50,080 bases of DNA from contig CACFVT010000004.1 in NCBI GenBank assembly GCA_902569865.1, forward strand, positions 1 to 50,080. Reading direction: 5' to 3'. Of the stretch, positions 19,069 to 32,995 are shown one piece after another. The translations under genes and the position numbers were made by a program. The DNA is from an uncultured Alphaproteobacteria bacterium. Its GTDB lineage: Bacteria; Pseudomonadota; Alphaproteobacteria; HIMB59; GCA-002718135. Every line of letters starts with the position of its first letter. The first letter of the stretch is position 1. The notes under the pieces were generated by a model. It worked only from the letters and a program-made list of their open reading frames with translations, did not search any database and was not told where the DNA came from.

Positions 19069-20987
19069 TTGCTTATATTTTTATTGAAAGATTGAAAATT
19101 AACTACGTTATCTTGATAAATCTGTATGATCTTTTTGGCAATAGAATCAGCATCCATTCCTATTTCTGAATATTGTTCTTCAGGAGATTGATGGTCTATA
19201 AATTTATCTGGAAAAAAAATATTATTTACTTTGGTTGATGTAATCTTAATTCTTTCATTATGAATATAATTTAAAACACTAGAACTAAATCCACCACTTG
19301 AACCTTCTTCAATAGTAAGCAAGTATTTATGATTATCTAATAATTGTTCTAGTAAATTTGTATCAATTGGTTTTGCAAATCTAGCATCTGCCAAAGTTGG
19401 TTGAATTCCATTGGCATTAAGAATTTTTATTGCTTCTTGGCAGCTTTGTAACCTTGATCCTAAATTTAAAATCGCTACTTCATTGCCTTCTTCAAGAATA
19501 ATTCCCTTTCCTATTTCTATGGGGTCAATATTATTATCATTATTATTAATTTCACCTGTTCCTCTTGGATATCTAAATGCCGAAGGCCTATCATTAATAA
19601 AAACAGTTGTATTAATCATTCTAATTAATTCATTTTGATTACTAGGTGCCATAATTATAAAATTTGGAAGTGTAGATAGAAAAGTAATATCATATGATCC
19701 AGCATGGGTTGGCCCGTCTGCTCCAACTAGTCCAGCACGATCAATTGCAAATCTTACAGGAAGTTTTTGTAATGCTACGTCATGAACAATTTGATCATAA
19801 GCCCGCTGTAAAAAAGTTGAATAAATTGCCACATATGGTTTAAAACCTTCTGTAGCAAGTCCTGCAGCCATGGTTACAGCATGTTGTTCAGCTATACCAA
19901 CATCAAATAACCTATCAGGATACTGAGAATTAAATATATCTAAACCAGTTCCACTTATCATTGCTGCAGTAAGTGCAACAATTTTTTCATCATTTTTAGC
20001 AACATTTGATAATGTTTCCCCAAAAATTGAGGAGTATGTTTTTTTATTTGATGAATTTAAAGATTGTCCTGTTTTAACATCAAATTTATTAACACCATGA
20101 AATTTATCATCAGATTTTTCCGCCGGCTCATAACCATAACCCTTTTTGGTCACACAATGAAGAAAAATTGGTTTATCAACTGATGAGTCTTTTATATTTT
20201 CTAAAACTTGAACTAATGTTTTAATATCATGGCCATCGATTGGTCCTAAGTAATAAAAACCTAACTCTTCAAATAAAGTGCCACCAGTCACTAAACCTTT
20301 TGAAAACTCCTCAGCTTTATACAAAGTTTTAGATACTGAATTTGATAACTTTGTTGATATTTTTTTTAATAAACTTCTAACATTTGTATATTGTTTTGAA
20401 GAAAGTAATTTTGTTAAATAATTACTCATTGCACCAACAGGTCTATCAATTGACATGTCATTATCATTTAAAATTACTATCATTTGTTTGTTACTAGCAC
20501 CTACATTGTTCAATGCTTCATATGCCATTCCTGCACTTAGCGCACCATCGCCAATAACAGATATAATTTTAGCATTATCATTATTCAGGTCCTTGGCAAC
20601 TTTCATACCCATGCCTGCAGAAATAGATGTAGAACTATGCGCTGTACCAAAAGGATCATACTCACTTTCACTTCTTTTTACAAATCCATACAATCCATTT
20701 TTTTGTCTTAAGGTTTCAATTTTATTCTTTCTGCCAGTTAGAATTTTGTGAGGATATGATTGATGACCGACATCCCAAATCAATCTATCTCTTGGAGTAT
20801 TAAAAACAAAGTGTAAAGCTATTGTTAGCTCCACAACACCTAAGCCTGCACCTAAATGTCCTCCAGTTTTTGAAACAGTTTCAATAGTTTTATTTCTAAG
20901 CTCATTTGATAAATTTTCTAATTCGATTAATGATAATTTTCTTAAATCAGAAGGAAAATTAATTTTATTTAAAAGTTTATAACTCAT
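19065..20987 (-). CDS. dxs: 1-deoxy-D-xylulose-5-phosphate synthase
   Basis: GGHLG, WDVGHQ, GDGA...LNDN, DVGIAEQHAV, DRAG; start moved to ATG 20987 to avoid overlap with xseB. Confidence 0.97.
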   Translation of the reverse strand: MSYKLLNKINFPSDLRKLSLIELENLSNELRNKTIETVSKTGGHLGAGLGVVELTIALHFVFNTPRDRLIWDVGHQSYPHKILTGRKNKIETLRQKNGLYGFVKRSESEYDPFGTAHSSTSISAGMGMKVAKDLNNDNAKIISVIGDGALSAGMAYEALNNVGASNKQMIVILNDNDMSIDRPVGAMSNYLTKLLSSKQYTNVRSLLKKISTKLSNSVSKTLYKAEEFSKGLVTGGTLFEELGFYYLGPIDGHDIKTLVQVLENIKDSSVDKPIFLHCVTKKGYGYEPAEKSDDKFHGVNKFDVKTGQSLNSSNKKTYSSIFGETLSNVAKNDEKIVALTAAMISGTGLDIFNSQYPDRLFDVGIAEQHAVTMAAGLATEGFKPYVAIYSTFLQRAYDQIVHDVALQKLPVRFAIDRAGLVGADGPTHAGSYDITFLSTLPNFIIMAPSNQNELIRMINTTVFINDRPSAFRYPRGTGEINNNDNNIDPIEIGKGIILEEGNEVAILNLGSRLQSCQEAIKILNANGIQPTLADARFAKPIDTNLLEQLLDNHKYLLTIEEGSSGGFSSSVLNYIHNERIKITSTKVNNIFFPDKFIDHQSPEEQYSEIGMDADSIAKKIIQIYQDNVVNFQSFNKNISN

Positions 20988-20991
20988 AAAA

Positions 20992-21213
20992 CTAAAAATC
21001 TTCTTTTGTAACTTTGTTGTCCTCAATCATTATTTTTTTAATCTGCATTTCAATATCTTTTAGTTTGTTGTCACAAATTTTCTTAATTTTCATACCTTCT
21101 TCATATAGCTTAACTGACTCTTCTAAACCAATTTCACCAGACTCTAACTTTTCAACAATTAGTTCAAGTTTTTGCAAATTTTTTTCAAAGCTATTTTCTT
21201 TATCTTTACTCAT
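20992..21213 (-). CDS. xseB: Exodeoxyribonuclease VII small subunit
   Basis: SFE..L..LE.IV..LE.G...LEES..LYEEG. Confidence 0.95.
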   Translation of the reverse strand: MSKDKENSFEKNLQKLELIVEKLESGEIGLEESVKLYEEGMKIKKICDNKLKDIEMQIKKIMIEDNKVTKEDF

Positions 21214-21214
21214 A

Positions 21215-21502
21215 TCATCTACCTATTTTTGATAAGATTTTATTTTCTTTTAAATTATACATAATTAAGTATGAATGGTCATTATCAGAAATAACTATCA
21301 ATACATTATTTTCATCAATTATTTTTAAATCTTTGATATTCTCAGAATTTTTAAGATTTAATGAATAATTTGTTATTTCATTATTTGATAAATCTTTAGT
21401 GTTTGAAATTTTAGAATACAAACCGTATAAAAGAAATGCAAAACATATAAATATTAATATTGCTAATAATATAACAATAAATTTAAGAAAACTATTACTC
21501 AT
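21215..21502 (-). CDS. Hypothetical single-TM membrane protein
   Basis: N-terminal TM helix then short beta-rich domain; fills gap between xseB and rluD. Confidence 0.7.
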   Translation of the reverse strand: MSNSFLKFIVILLAILIFICFAFLLYGLYSKISNTKDLSNNEITNYSLNLKNSENIKDLKIIDENNVLIVISDNDHSYLIMYNLKENKILSKIGR

Positions 21503-22472
21503 GAATGGAACCTATACTCACAAAGTAAATATAAATAAAGAACTAAGTTCAATTAGATTGGATAAGATCCTAGCCAAAAAAGTTGATAAATTATCTCGTA
21601 TGCAAATTAAAACGTTGATCAAAAGTGGGAATGTTAAATTAAACAATATTCCAATACTTGACCCATCATATTTAGTTAGAGAAAACGATAGTTTTGAAAT
21701 ATCTATATTAAAACCTGAAGAAACAAAATATACAGCTGAAGATATAACTCTAAACATTATATATGAGGATGATGATTTAATTGTAATTAATAAGCAAGCG
21801 GGAATTGTAACTCATCCAGCGCCTGGAAATCAAACAGGGACATTAGTTCAAGCATTAATTCATCATGCAAAAAATACACTAAGTGATGTGAATGGAAATA
21901 ATAGGCCTGGTATTATTCATAGATTAGATAAAAATACTAGTGGATTAATGGTAATTGCAAAAAATAATTTTACACATATACATTTAGCTAATCAGTTCAA
22001 AATGCATTCAATTTCTAGAAAATATAAAGCAATTATTTGGGGAGTGCCTTCTAATCAAATTATAGAAGGATACATTGAAAGACATAAAATAAATAGAAAA
22101 AAAATGAGCTTAAATAATAAAGAAGATGGAAAGTTTTCAAAAACAGAAATAAAGTTGATTAAATCTTTTCAAAACTCTGCTTTAATTGAATGTACACTTC
22201 ATACAGGAAGGACACATCAAATAAGGTTGCATTTAACATCAATTAATTCACCTGTAGTAGGTGATGAAATTTACGGTAAAAACAAAATTAGTAAATATGG
22301 GTTAGATAAAAAAAATTTTAATAAATTTTTAATTTTAAAAAACTTTCAACGACAAGCATTGCATGCAGTTCATTTAGGTTTTTTTCATCCAAAATTAAAA
22401 AAAAATATGCAATTTAACTCAAATTTGCCTGAAGATATGCAGAATTTACTAGATTTGTTAATAAAATATTAA
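21501..22472 (+). CDS. rluD: 23S rRNA pseudouridine synthase RluD
   Basis: S4 domain, NKQAG..THP, RPGIIHRLDKNTSG, TGRTHQIR, QALHA; ATG 21501 preferred; upstream of rpoH as typical in Alphaproteobacteria. Confidence 0.92.
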   Translation: MNGTYTHKVNINKELSSIRLDKILAKKVDKLSRMQIKTLIKSGNVKLNNIPILDPSYLVRENDSFEISILKPEETKYTAEDITLNIIYEDDDLIVINKQAGIVTHPAPGNQTGTLVQALIHHAKNTLSDVNGNNRPGIIHRLDKNTSGLMVIAKNNFTHIHLANQFKMHSISRKYKAIIWGVPSNQIIEGYIERHKINRKKMSLNNKEDGKFSKTEIKLIKSFQNSALIECTLHTGRTHQIRLHLTSINSPVVGDEIYGKNKISKYGLDKKNFNKFLILKNFQRQALHAVHLGFFHPKLKKNMQFNSNLPEDMQNLLDLLIKY

Positions 22473-22502
22473 TTTCGATTTTAAATATGATATAGGGCAG
22501 GG

Positions 22503-25727
<3,225 letters not shown>

Positions 25728-25738
<11 letters not shown>

Positions 25739-27083
25739 GATTAATCCTTATATCTTTTTCTATTCTTTTTGCTTTTGCTTGAACTAATTCTAAGTCTTTT
25801 CCCTCAACTAATATTCTTATCAAAGGTTCTGTGCCAGATAACCTTATCAATAATCTAATATTTTTATCTTTAATTTTTTTGTTGTTGAGGTTTTTAATAT
25901 ATTGAAGACAATTTTTTGAAATTTTTGTGTAAGGTATATTAATTTTAATTTGAGGAAAATTATTATATAAATTAAAAATTGAGCTAACTGGTTTTTTTAA
26001 TTTTGATATTATTTCCATTACTTTTAATGCTGCTAAAATTCCATCTCCTGTTTTTGAATACTCAGATAAAATTATATGGCCAGATTGTTCGCCTCCTAAA
26101 ATCGAGTTGTGTTTTTGCATTTCATTTATGACATTTATATCTCCTACCGATGAACGTTTTAATTTAATTTTTAAATTACTTAAAAGATAATTTTCTAATC
26201 CTAAGTTTGACATTACTGTAGTAATAATGGGAAACTGAGTTTTTGTGTTATTTAAATTTATAAGATGTTTAGCAAATAATGCAATTATTTTATCACCATC
26301 AATTTCTTCGCCTTTTTCATTTACTATTATCAATCTGTCTCCATCACCATCAAAAGCAAAACCTATATCAGCTCTTTCCTGTATTACTTTTTTTGATAAT
26401 TCATTTATGTTTACGGCTCCACAATTAAAATTAATATTTTTTCCATTAGGTTTATCATTAATACACACAACTTCATGACCTAGTTCCCAGAAAATATGCG
26501 GGGCTATTTCATAAGTTGCACCATTCCCACAATCTAAAACTATTTTTAATTTTCTTATTTTTATATTCTTTTGTAATGTATTTTTTAAAAATTCAGAATA
26601 TCTACCTGAAGCATCCTCAAGTCTAATAGCTTTTCCTGTAATAAACTTACTATTAATAATTTTAGAATATTGTTTTTTATTTAAAATAATATCTTCAATC
26701 TTATTTTCTAATTTTGTACTTATTTTATACCCATCTGAATTAAAAAATTTAAGACCATTATATTCAAATGTATTATGAGATGCTGTAATCATTACACCGA
26801 TATCTGCCCTTAAAGACCTCATTAAATGTGGGACTGCAGGAGTTGGTAACGGTCCAACTAGCACAACTTCCATACCCATTGAAATAAATCCCGCTGTAAT
26901 TAAAGGTTCATAAAGATAACCTGATAATCTTGTGTCCTTGCAAATTATTACTCTTGAATTTTTCTTTTTTCTAGATTTTAATAAGTATCCTGCAGCTTTA
27001 GAAATTTTTAGAGTTGTTTCTGGAGTTAGAGGTTCTTCATTAACTAAGCATCTTATTCCATCAGTACCAAATATTTTGCCCAT
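25728..27083 (-). CDS. glmM: Phosphoglucosamine mutase
   Basis: FGTDGIR, ITASHN, DGDGDR, GGEQSGH, SGTEP. Confidence 0.96.
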
Positions 27084-27130
27084 ATACCCTTTTATTGAAT
27101 ATATTAAATAAAATAAAGAGGTATGATTTA

Positions 27131-29032
27131 TTAGTTGGGTTGGGGGGCTGTTGTTCCACCAGATTTTGGAACTGAAGTATGAGTGGTCGAGGTAGCTGAA
27201 GTTGTATCGTCAAAATCATCACGAGAAGGTTTGATTCCTTTAATTAAGTCTTTAATTTCATCACCACTTAAAGTTTCGAATTCTAACAAACCTTTAGCAA
27301 CAATATGTAACTCTTCAATATTGTCTTGAAGAATTTTTCTACATAATTTGTCAGCTTCTTCAGCTAAAAACCTTACCTCGTCATCGATAATTTTTGCTGT
27401 TGAATCTGAGAGATTCTTTGATTGTGCAACTGAGTGACCCAAAAATACTTCTTCACTGTCATTATTATATCGTAAATTACCAAGTTTTTCACTCATACCC
27501 CACTCAGTAATCATTTTTCTTGCAAGGTTAGTAACCATTTGTATGTCACTTGCTGCTCCGTTTGTAATTTTGTCTTTACCAAAAATCATTTCTTCAGCTA
27601 TTCTTCCTCCAGTGGCTATAACTAAATGTGCTTTCATTTGATCTACCCTCATTGAGAATTGATCTTTTTCTGGAAGTCTCATTACCATTCCAAGAGCTCT
27701 GCCTCTCGGAATAATTGTAGCCTTATGAATTGGGTCAGATGCAGGTGAATGAAGAGTTGCAACTGCATGACCAGCTTCATGATAAGCAGTTAATTTTTTT
27801 TCATCTTCCGACATGACCATAGATCTTCTTTCAGACCCCATCATCACTTTATCTTTAGCATTTTCAAAATCTTCCAATGTAACCATTCTTTTATTTTTTC
27901 TTGCTGCCAATAAAGCAGCTTCATTTACTAAGTTAGCTAAATCAGCACCGGAAAAACCGGGCGTACCTCTTGCAATAATTTTAGAGTCAAACTTTGGTGA
28001 AACCTTAATTTTTTTAATATGAACTTTTAATATTTTATCTCTACCGATTATGTCAGGATTAGATACAGTAATTTGTCTATCAAATCTTCCTGGTCTTAAA
28101 AGTGCTGGATCAAGGACATCTGGTCTGTTAGTTGCTGCAACAATAATTACGCCAGCGTTTGCTTCAAAACCATCCATTTCAACAAGCAATTGATTTAAAG
28201 TTTGTTCTCTTTCATCATTTCCACCACCTAAACCTGCCCCTCTATGTCTACCTACTGCATCAATTTCATCGATAAATATAATGCAAGGAGCATTTTTTTT
28301 TCCTTGTTCAAACATATCTCTTACTCTACTTGCGCCAACACCAACAAACATTTCCACAAAGTCGGAGCCTGATATTGAAAAAAAAGGAACATTAGCTTCT
28401 CCTGCAATGGCTCTAGCTAAAAGAGTTTTACCGGTTCCAGGAGGGCCAACTAATAAGGCTCCTGTTGGTATCTTTCCTCCAAGTCGTGAGAATTTTTTTG
28501 GATCCTTTAAAAATTCAACTACTTCTTCTAGTTCTTGCTTTGCCTCATCAATTCCAGCCACATCATCAAATGTAATCTTGCCAATAGCTTCATTTAACAA
28601 TTTTGCTTTTGATTTTCCAAAACCCATTGCTTTCCCTCCACCTGATTGCATTTGTCTCATGAAGAAAATCCAAACACCAATTAACAGCAACATAGGGAAC
28701 CAGGATAGTAAAACACTTAAAATCGGATGCATAGATCGCTCTGATGGTTCAGCAACTATTTTTACACCAGATTGATTTAATTTATTGACTAAATCAGGGT
28801 AATTAGGTGAGTATGTTGAGAATGATCTTCCATCTTCAAAGAAGCCTGATACATTATTTCCAATTATTTTTACTTCTGAAATATTGCCATTATCTGCAGC
28901 TATAAGAAAATCAGAAAAAGATATTACTTTAGATTGATTATTAGAAGAGCTGTTTTGAAATAAATTAAAAAGAGCTATTAAAAGCAACCCTATCACAACC
29001 CATAAAATTATGTTTTTACTAAAATTTTTCAT
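27131..29032 (-). CDS. ftsH: ATP-dependent zinc metalloprotease FtsH
   Basis: Two TM helices, [28 protein letters not shown]. Confidence 0.99.
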   Translation of the reverse strand: MKNFSKNIILWVVIGLLLIALFNLFQNSSSNNQSKVISFSDFLIAADNGNISEVKIIGNNVSGFFEDGRSFSTYSPNYPDLVNKLNQSGVKIVAEPSERSMHPILSVLLSWFPMLLLIGVWIFFMRQMQSGGGKAMGFGKSKAKLLNEAIGKITFDDVAGIDEAKQELEEVVEFLKDPKKFSRLGGKIPTGALLVGPPGTGKTLLARAIAGEANVPFFSISGSDFVEMFVGVGASRVRDMFEQGKKNAPCIIFIDEIDAVGRHRGAGLGGGNDEREQTLNQLLVEMDGFEANAGVIIVAATNRPDVLDPALLRPGRFDRQITVSNPDIIGRDKILKVHIKKIKVSPKFDSKIIARGTPGFSGADLANLVNEAALLAARKNKRMVTLEDFENAKDKVMMGSERRSMVMSEDEKKLTAYHEAGHAVATLHSPASDPIHKATIIPRGRALGMVMRLPEKDQFSMRVDQMKAHLVIATGGRIAEEMIFGKDKITNGAASDIQMVTNLARKMITEWGMSEKLGNLRYNNDSEEVFLGHSVAQSKNLSDSTAKIIDDEVRFLAEEADKLCRKILQDNIEELHIVAKGLLEFETLSGDEIKDLIKGIKPSRDDFDDTTSATSTTHTSVPKSGGTTAPQPN

Positions 29033-29081
29033 TTGTAACTATTACATAGGAATTAAAACTAAAAACACAATAGTTTTTGCC

Positions 29082-30045
29082 CTATTTTTGAAAAAATGTA
29101 AGCAAATCATCGTTTTTTTTTATAGATACTCCAGTCAGATTAAAGATCTTAAAACTAGATTTTTTCATCTCGCTAATGAAAAGTTTAATTTTTGAGCTTC
29201 TTGCTTTGTATTTTTTATCTGAAAAAAATTTTAAACAAAGCAAAATAATTTTTTCAATTATAAGATCATCAAATTTTAAAAGGGTATCTCTTTTAATTTT
29301 AATGCTCTTAGGCTTAATTTCAAATATAGTATCGATTAAACATTTCCATACCATATTTCTATAATAAGGCATTTCTTTTTTTCAAATTCATAAAATCATT
29401 TTTAATTAATTTTTTATATTTATTATTTTGTAAAAAATTTCTTACTTTTACTCTTGTATAATTTACATCTTTATTTGATGGATCATTTACAAAAATTAAT
29501 TTATTTTTTTTATTAAAACTAAGTATTGATTTTTTTTTTATTTTAATAAAAGGTCTTAAAATTTGTATTTTTTTAAAATAAGTAATTTCTTCCATTGATC
29601 CCAAACCTGCAAAATTGCTACCATTTATTTTTCTAATTAAATAAGTCTCCAAATTATCATCAAAATGATGGCCTAAAAATAAATGGTGGATATAATTTTT
29701 TTTACAAAAAGTAATTATTCCATCAAACCTATTGTTTCTTGCCTGTTCCATATTTTTTTTGATTAATTTATTTTTTTTTATTTTTAAAATTCTAGCGTTT
29801 ATATTTAAATCCCTTAAAATATCTCTCACATAGTGAGACTCTTGCTCTGAATTATTTCTAATTTTATGATCAAATATGAGGGCAGATAATTTACCGTGTT
29901 TTGATTTAATCCATTTATTGATAAGATAAACAAGAGCAATACTATCTGGTCCTCCAGATACACCCACAGCAACATGTGGGTATTTTTCAAAACATTTTAA
30001 ATTATTTAGATAGGAAAAAAAATTAATGTCATTTAATAACATCAA
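29082..30045 (-). CDS. tilS: tRNA(Ile)-lysidine synthase TilS, split by an apparent single-base frameshift (ORFs 29359..30045 and 29082..29372)
   Basis: VSGGPDS PP-loop, HHFDDNLET, RPF, DPSN, RVKVR; deleting one T from the T7 run at 29376-29382 joins the two ORFs; cpoB-tilS-ftsH order. Confidence 0.9.
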
Positions 30046-30965
30046 TTTGCAAATTCACATTCCATATTATCTTTTATTTTGTCAGGATCTTTTGCAAATT
30101 TGTTTCCTTTATAGTTTTGATTTAATATTAATAAGGTTTTGCATGCTTCAGAAAATTTATTCATTTCTTTTAAAGATTTAGATAACTCATAATACATTTC
30201 AGCCGCCTTTATACTTTGGGGAAAACGCTGAACACCCTCTCCAAATACAATAGCTGCTTTTCTATAATTTGACTCAAATAGATAAATTTTTCCTAACCAA
30301 AAATGTGCTGATCCAGAAAGTTGATTTTCTGGGAAGTTTTCAATAAATTCTTCAAGAGAAATCTTAGATTTATCATAGTTTTTTTTCATCATTTGATCCA
30401 ACGCGGCTTGTAATTGTTCTTCAGGTGTTAAAGTATTTAATTCTTTATCTTGATTTGTCATTTTTTTTTCTAAAGTTATTTCTTCATTATTAGAAATTTC
30501 ATTTGTATTTTCAGATATGACTAGTTTTCCTAGCGTATTTTCTTCTTCTCCATCTAATGTTGTTGATTTTTCTTTTCCACTAGATTCAATATTTTGAATT
30601 TCTATTTTATTCTTAATTTCATTTAAATTTAAATTCATATCATTTTCAAGTTTTTGGATATAATTAGAAAAATCATCCAATTTAAATATAATTTCCTCAA
30701 GTTGAAGAGTTAGATTTTTTATATCTTTTTCTAAATCATACATTCTAATATCAATAGAAGTAAATCTTTCTGCATCATCTTGATTATTTTTTAAATTCAA
30801 ATCATTGCTATCAAATGATTTATTAAAAACAGCTTTATTTAAATCACTTACTTCTTGCTTAATACGATCAAGTTGTTGTTTTACAGTCAGTGACTCCTCA
30901 GCGCTTAATGAATAAAAACATAAATTAGCAAAGACAAAAAAAATTATAGGTAAAAAGTATTTCAT
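30042..30965 (-). CDS. cpoB: Cell division coordinator CpoB (YbgF), coiled coil plus TPR
   Basis: Signal peptide, coiled coil, TPR (AHFWLG, P.S.KA, EAC.TL); downstream of pal. Confidence 0.88.
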   Translation of the reverse strand: MKYFLPIIFFVFANLCFYSLSAEESLTVKQQLDRIKQEVSDLNKAVFNKSFDSNDLNLKNNQDDAERFTSIDIRMYDLEKDIKNLTLQLEEIIFKLDDFSNYIQKLENDMNLNLNEIKNKIEIQNIESSGKEKSTTLDGEEENTLGKLVISENTNEISNNEEITLEKKMTNQDKELNTLTPEEQLQAALDQMMKKNYDKSKISLEEFIENFPENQLSGSAHFWLGKIYLFESNYRKAAIVFGEGVQRFPQSIKAAEMYYELSKSLKEMNKFSEACKTLLILNQNYKGNKFAKDPDKIKDNMECEFAN

Positions 30966-30995
30966 TACAAAAATTATATTATTTTTTATTTAGAC

Positions 30996-31025
30996 AAAAA
31001 TAAGGCGCTATAAAAATATAGCGCC
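30996..31025 (-). terminator. Intrinsic terminator after pal
   Basis: GGCGCTATA-4nt-TATAGCGCC hairpin (31004-31025) followed on the minus strand by TTATTTTT. Confidence 0.8.
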
Positions 31026-31040
31026 ATTATTGAAAATAAT

Positions 31041-31562
31041 TTAGTTTACTATTGTTACTGATCTTCTATTTTGAGCCCAGGCACCATCATTGGAACCTAC
31101 TACAGCTGGTCTTTCTTTTCCATAGGATATTGTTGACACTCTATCAGCAGAAATTCCTAAATTTATAATGTAATTTTTAACCGACTGTGCTCTTTTTTCT
31201 CCTAATGCAAGGTTATATTCTCTTGTGCCTCTTTCATCACAATGACCTTCAATAATAACAGAAACATCAGAATATTGTTTAAGCCAAGCCACCTGATCCT
31301 GAAGTAGTTCTTTAGCATCAGAATCTAATTCAGAGCTATCATAGTCGAAGAAGACTCTATCACCAACATTTACAATTAGATCCTCTTGTGATCCTGGTTC
31401 TATTGAAGCTGATTCTGTATTTTCAGTATCAGCGCTTGAAGACACATCTGAAGAAGTAGATGTAGAACCTGATCCTGATGAGTCTGCAGTATCTTTTGGA
31501 GTTGTTGAACAAGCTGCTAAAAAAAATACTAAAAGTGCGCTCGCTATTAATTTTATAATCAT
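31041..31562 (-). CDS. pal: Peptidoglycan-associated lipoprotein Pal
   Basis: LAAC lipobox, EGHCDERGTREYNLALG, SYGKERP, NRR. Confidence 0.98.
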   Translation of the reverse strand: MIIKLIASALLVFFLAACSTTPKDTADSSGSGSTSTSSDVSSSADTENTESASIEPGSQEDLIVNVGDRVFFDYDSSELDSDAKELLQDQVAWLKQYSDVSVIIEGHCDERGTREYNLALGEKRAQSVKNYIINLGISADRVSTISYGKERPAVVGSNDGAWAQNRRSVTIVN

Positions 31563-31670
31563 ATAAAAACTCTCCCGATGTGTAATATCAATAAAAATCT
31601 ATACTTTAATTACCATTTTTTTTATTAATTCATATATATTTTTTTTAAAAATGTATATTTTTCCTTAAAA

Positions 31671-32984
31671 TTAATGCATTAATGGAGACCAAGCTGGGTC
31701 AGAACCTCCCAAAGGAGTTATAATTTTTCTCTCATTATAACCTGTAAGATCAATAGAGTATAAACTTGAATCCCCTCCACTTCCATCTGCAGATGTACGT
31801 TCGTCCTTAAAATACATCAAATATCTTCCATTTGGAGACCAAGTCGGACCCTCAACATGAAAAGATTTTGCTATCATCCTTTCATTGGAGCCATCAATTT
31901 CCATAACTCCTATATAGAACTGGCCACCTTCTTGCTTTGTAAAAGCAATCATATCTCCTCTTGGAGACCACACTGGTGTATAGTAACTCCCCCTCTCTCT
32001 ACTTATTCTTTTAAGGTTTTTTCCATTAACATCGATAATATACAAGTGTCTTCTGCCTGTTCTATCAGAGTTAAATACGATTTTTTTTCCATCTGGGGAA
32101 AAACTTCCAGAGACATCAATTGATGAGTTGTTAGTTATTCTTTTTGTCGCTCTTGTTGGGAGATCTAAAATATAAATTTCTGAATTCCCAACATCAGGTT
32201 CTGAATAAGACATGACAATTTTACTTCCATCTGGTGAGAAGCGTGGAGCAAAAGTCATTCCAGGAAATTCACCTACTATTTCTTGCTGCCCAGTCTCTAT
32301 ATCGAAAATAAAAACCCTGGGGCTATTAGCCTTTACATAAGACATAAAAGTTATTTTTTGAGAGTTAGGCGAAAAACGTGGAGTTAAAACCAAATAAGAA
32401 CCATCAGTCAAAAAACGATGATTAGCTTGGTCTTGATCCATAATTGCTAATCGTTTTTGTCTATTATCTTTTGGTCCAGTTTCAGCTACATAAACTATTC
32501 TAGTATCAAAAAAACCACCCTCACCTGTTATTCGTTGGAAAATAGCATCTGAAATAATATGAGCTACCCTTCTCCAGTTTTTTTTACTTGTTTTATATTT
32601 TTTACCCACTATTTGCTTTTGAGCAAAAACATCAAACAATCTAAACTCTACAGAAATATTTTCATTGTTTGTTTCAATTTTACCAGCAACTAAGTGCTGA
32701 GCCTTAATTACTTTCCAATCTTCAAACCTAGGTTGGTTAGATAAAGACTCAGAAGATTGTATAAATGCTTTTTTATCAAGAGGAATAAACAAACCTGACC
32801 TTTCCAAATTATCAGAAATTACAGAGGAGATATTTTTCCCAATTTTTTCTAGAGAAGAATTATTAGAAAACAAATCAGTGACTGCTATTGGAGTTGGTTT
32901 TACTGTTCCCTGACTAAGAGTTAATTCAAGAGCATAAGTATTAATTGAAGTAAAAGTTAAGAATAATATTAGTAAATATTTCAT
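31671..32984 (-). CDS. tolB: Tol-Pal beta-propeller protein TolB
   Basis: Signal peptide, TGEGG.FDTR, MDQD, repeated P.(F/W)SP.G. Confidence 0.97.
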   Translation of the reverse strand: MKYLLILFLTFTSINTYALELTLSQGTVKPTPIAVTDLFSNNSSLEKIGKNISSVISDNLERSGLFIPLDKKAFIQSSESLSNQPRFEDWKVIKAQHLVAGKIETNNENISVEFRLFDVFAQKQIVGKKYKTSKKNWRRVAHIISDAIFQRITGEGGFFDTRIVYVAETGPKDNRQKRLAIMDQDQANHRFLTDGSYLVLTPRFSPNSQKITFMSYVKANSPRVFIFDIETGQQEIVGEFPGMTFAPRFSPDGSKIVMSYSEPDVGNSEIYILDLPTRATKRITNNSSIDVSGSFSPDGKKIVFNSDRTGRRHLYIIDVNGKNLKRISRERGSYYTPVWSPRGDMIAFTKQEGGQFYIGVMEIDGSNERMIAKSFHVEGPTWSPNGRYLMYFKDERTSADGSGGDSSLYSIDLTGYNERKIITPLGGSDPAWSPLMH

Positions 32985-32995
32985 TTTATAAATAA

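Noticed and set aside
21399-21500. N-terminal extensions in the ORF track for rluD, dxs, zapA, tusA and tkt
   Set aside because: Longest-ORF artefacts; downstream starts fit family lengths better and mostly remove overlaps with neighbouring genes.
28281-28775. Long antisense ORFs (e.g. 28281..28775, 33246..33770, 3669..4034, 17767..18126, 43839..44171)
   Set aside because: They are shadows of well-supported genes on the opposite strand and have no recognisable motifs.
31400-31500. Ser/Thr-rich low-complexity stretch in Pal
   Set aside because: Ordinary flexible linker between lipid anchor and OmpA-like domain; no DNA-level tandem repeat.
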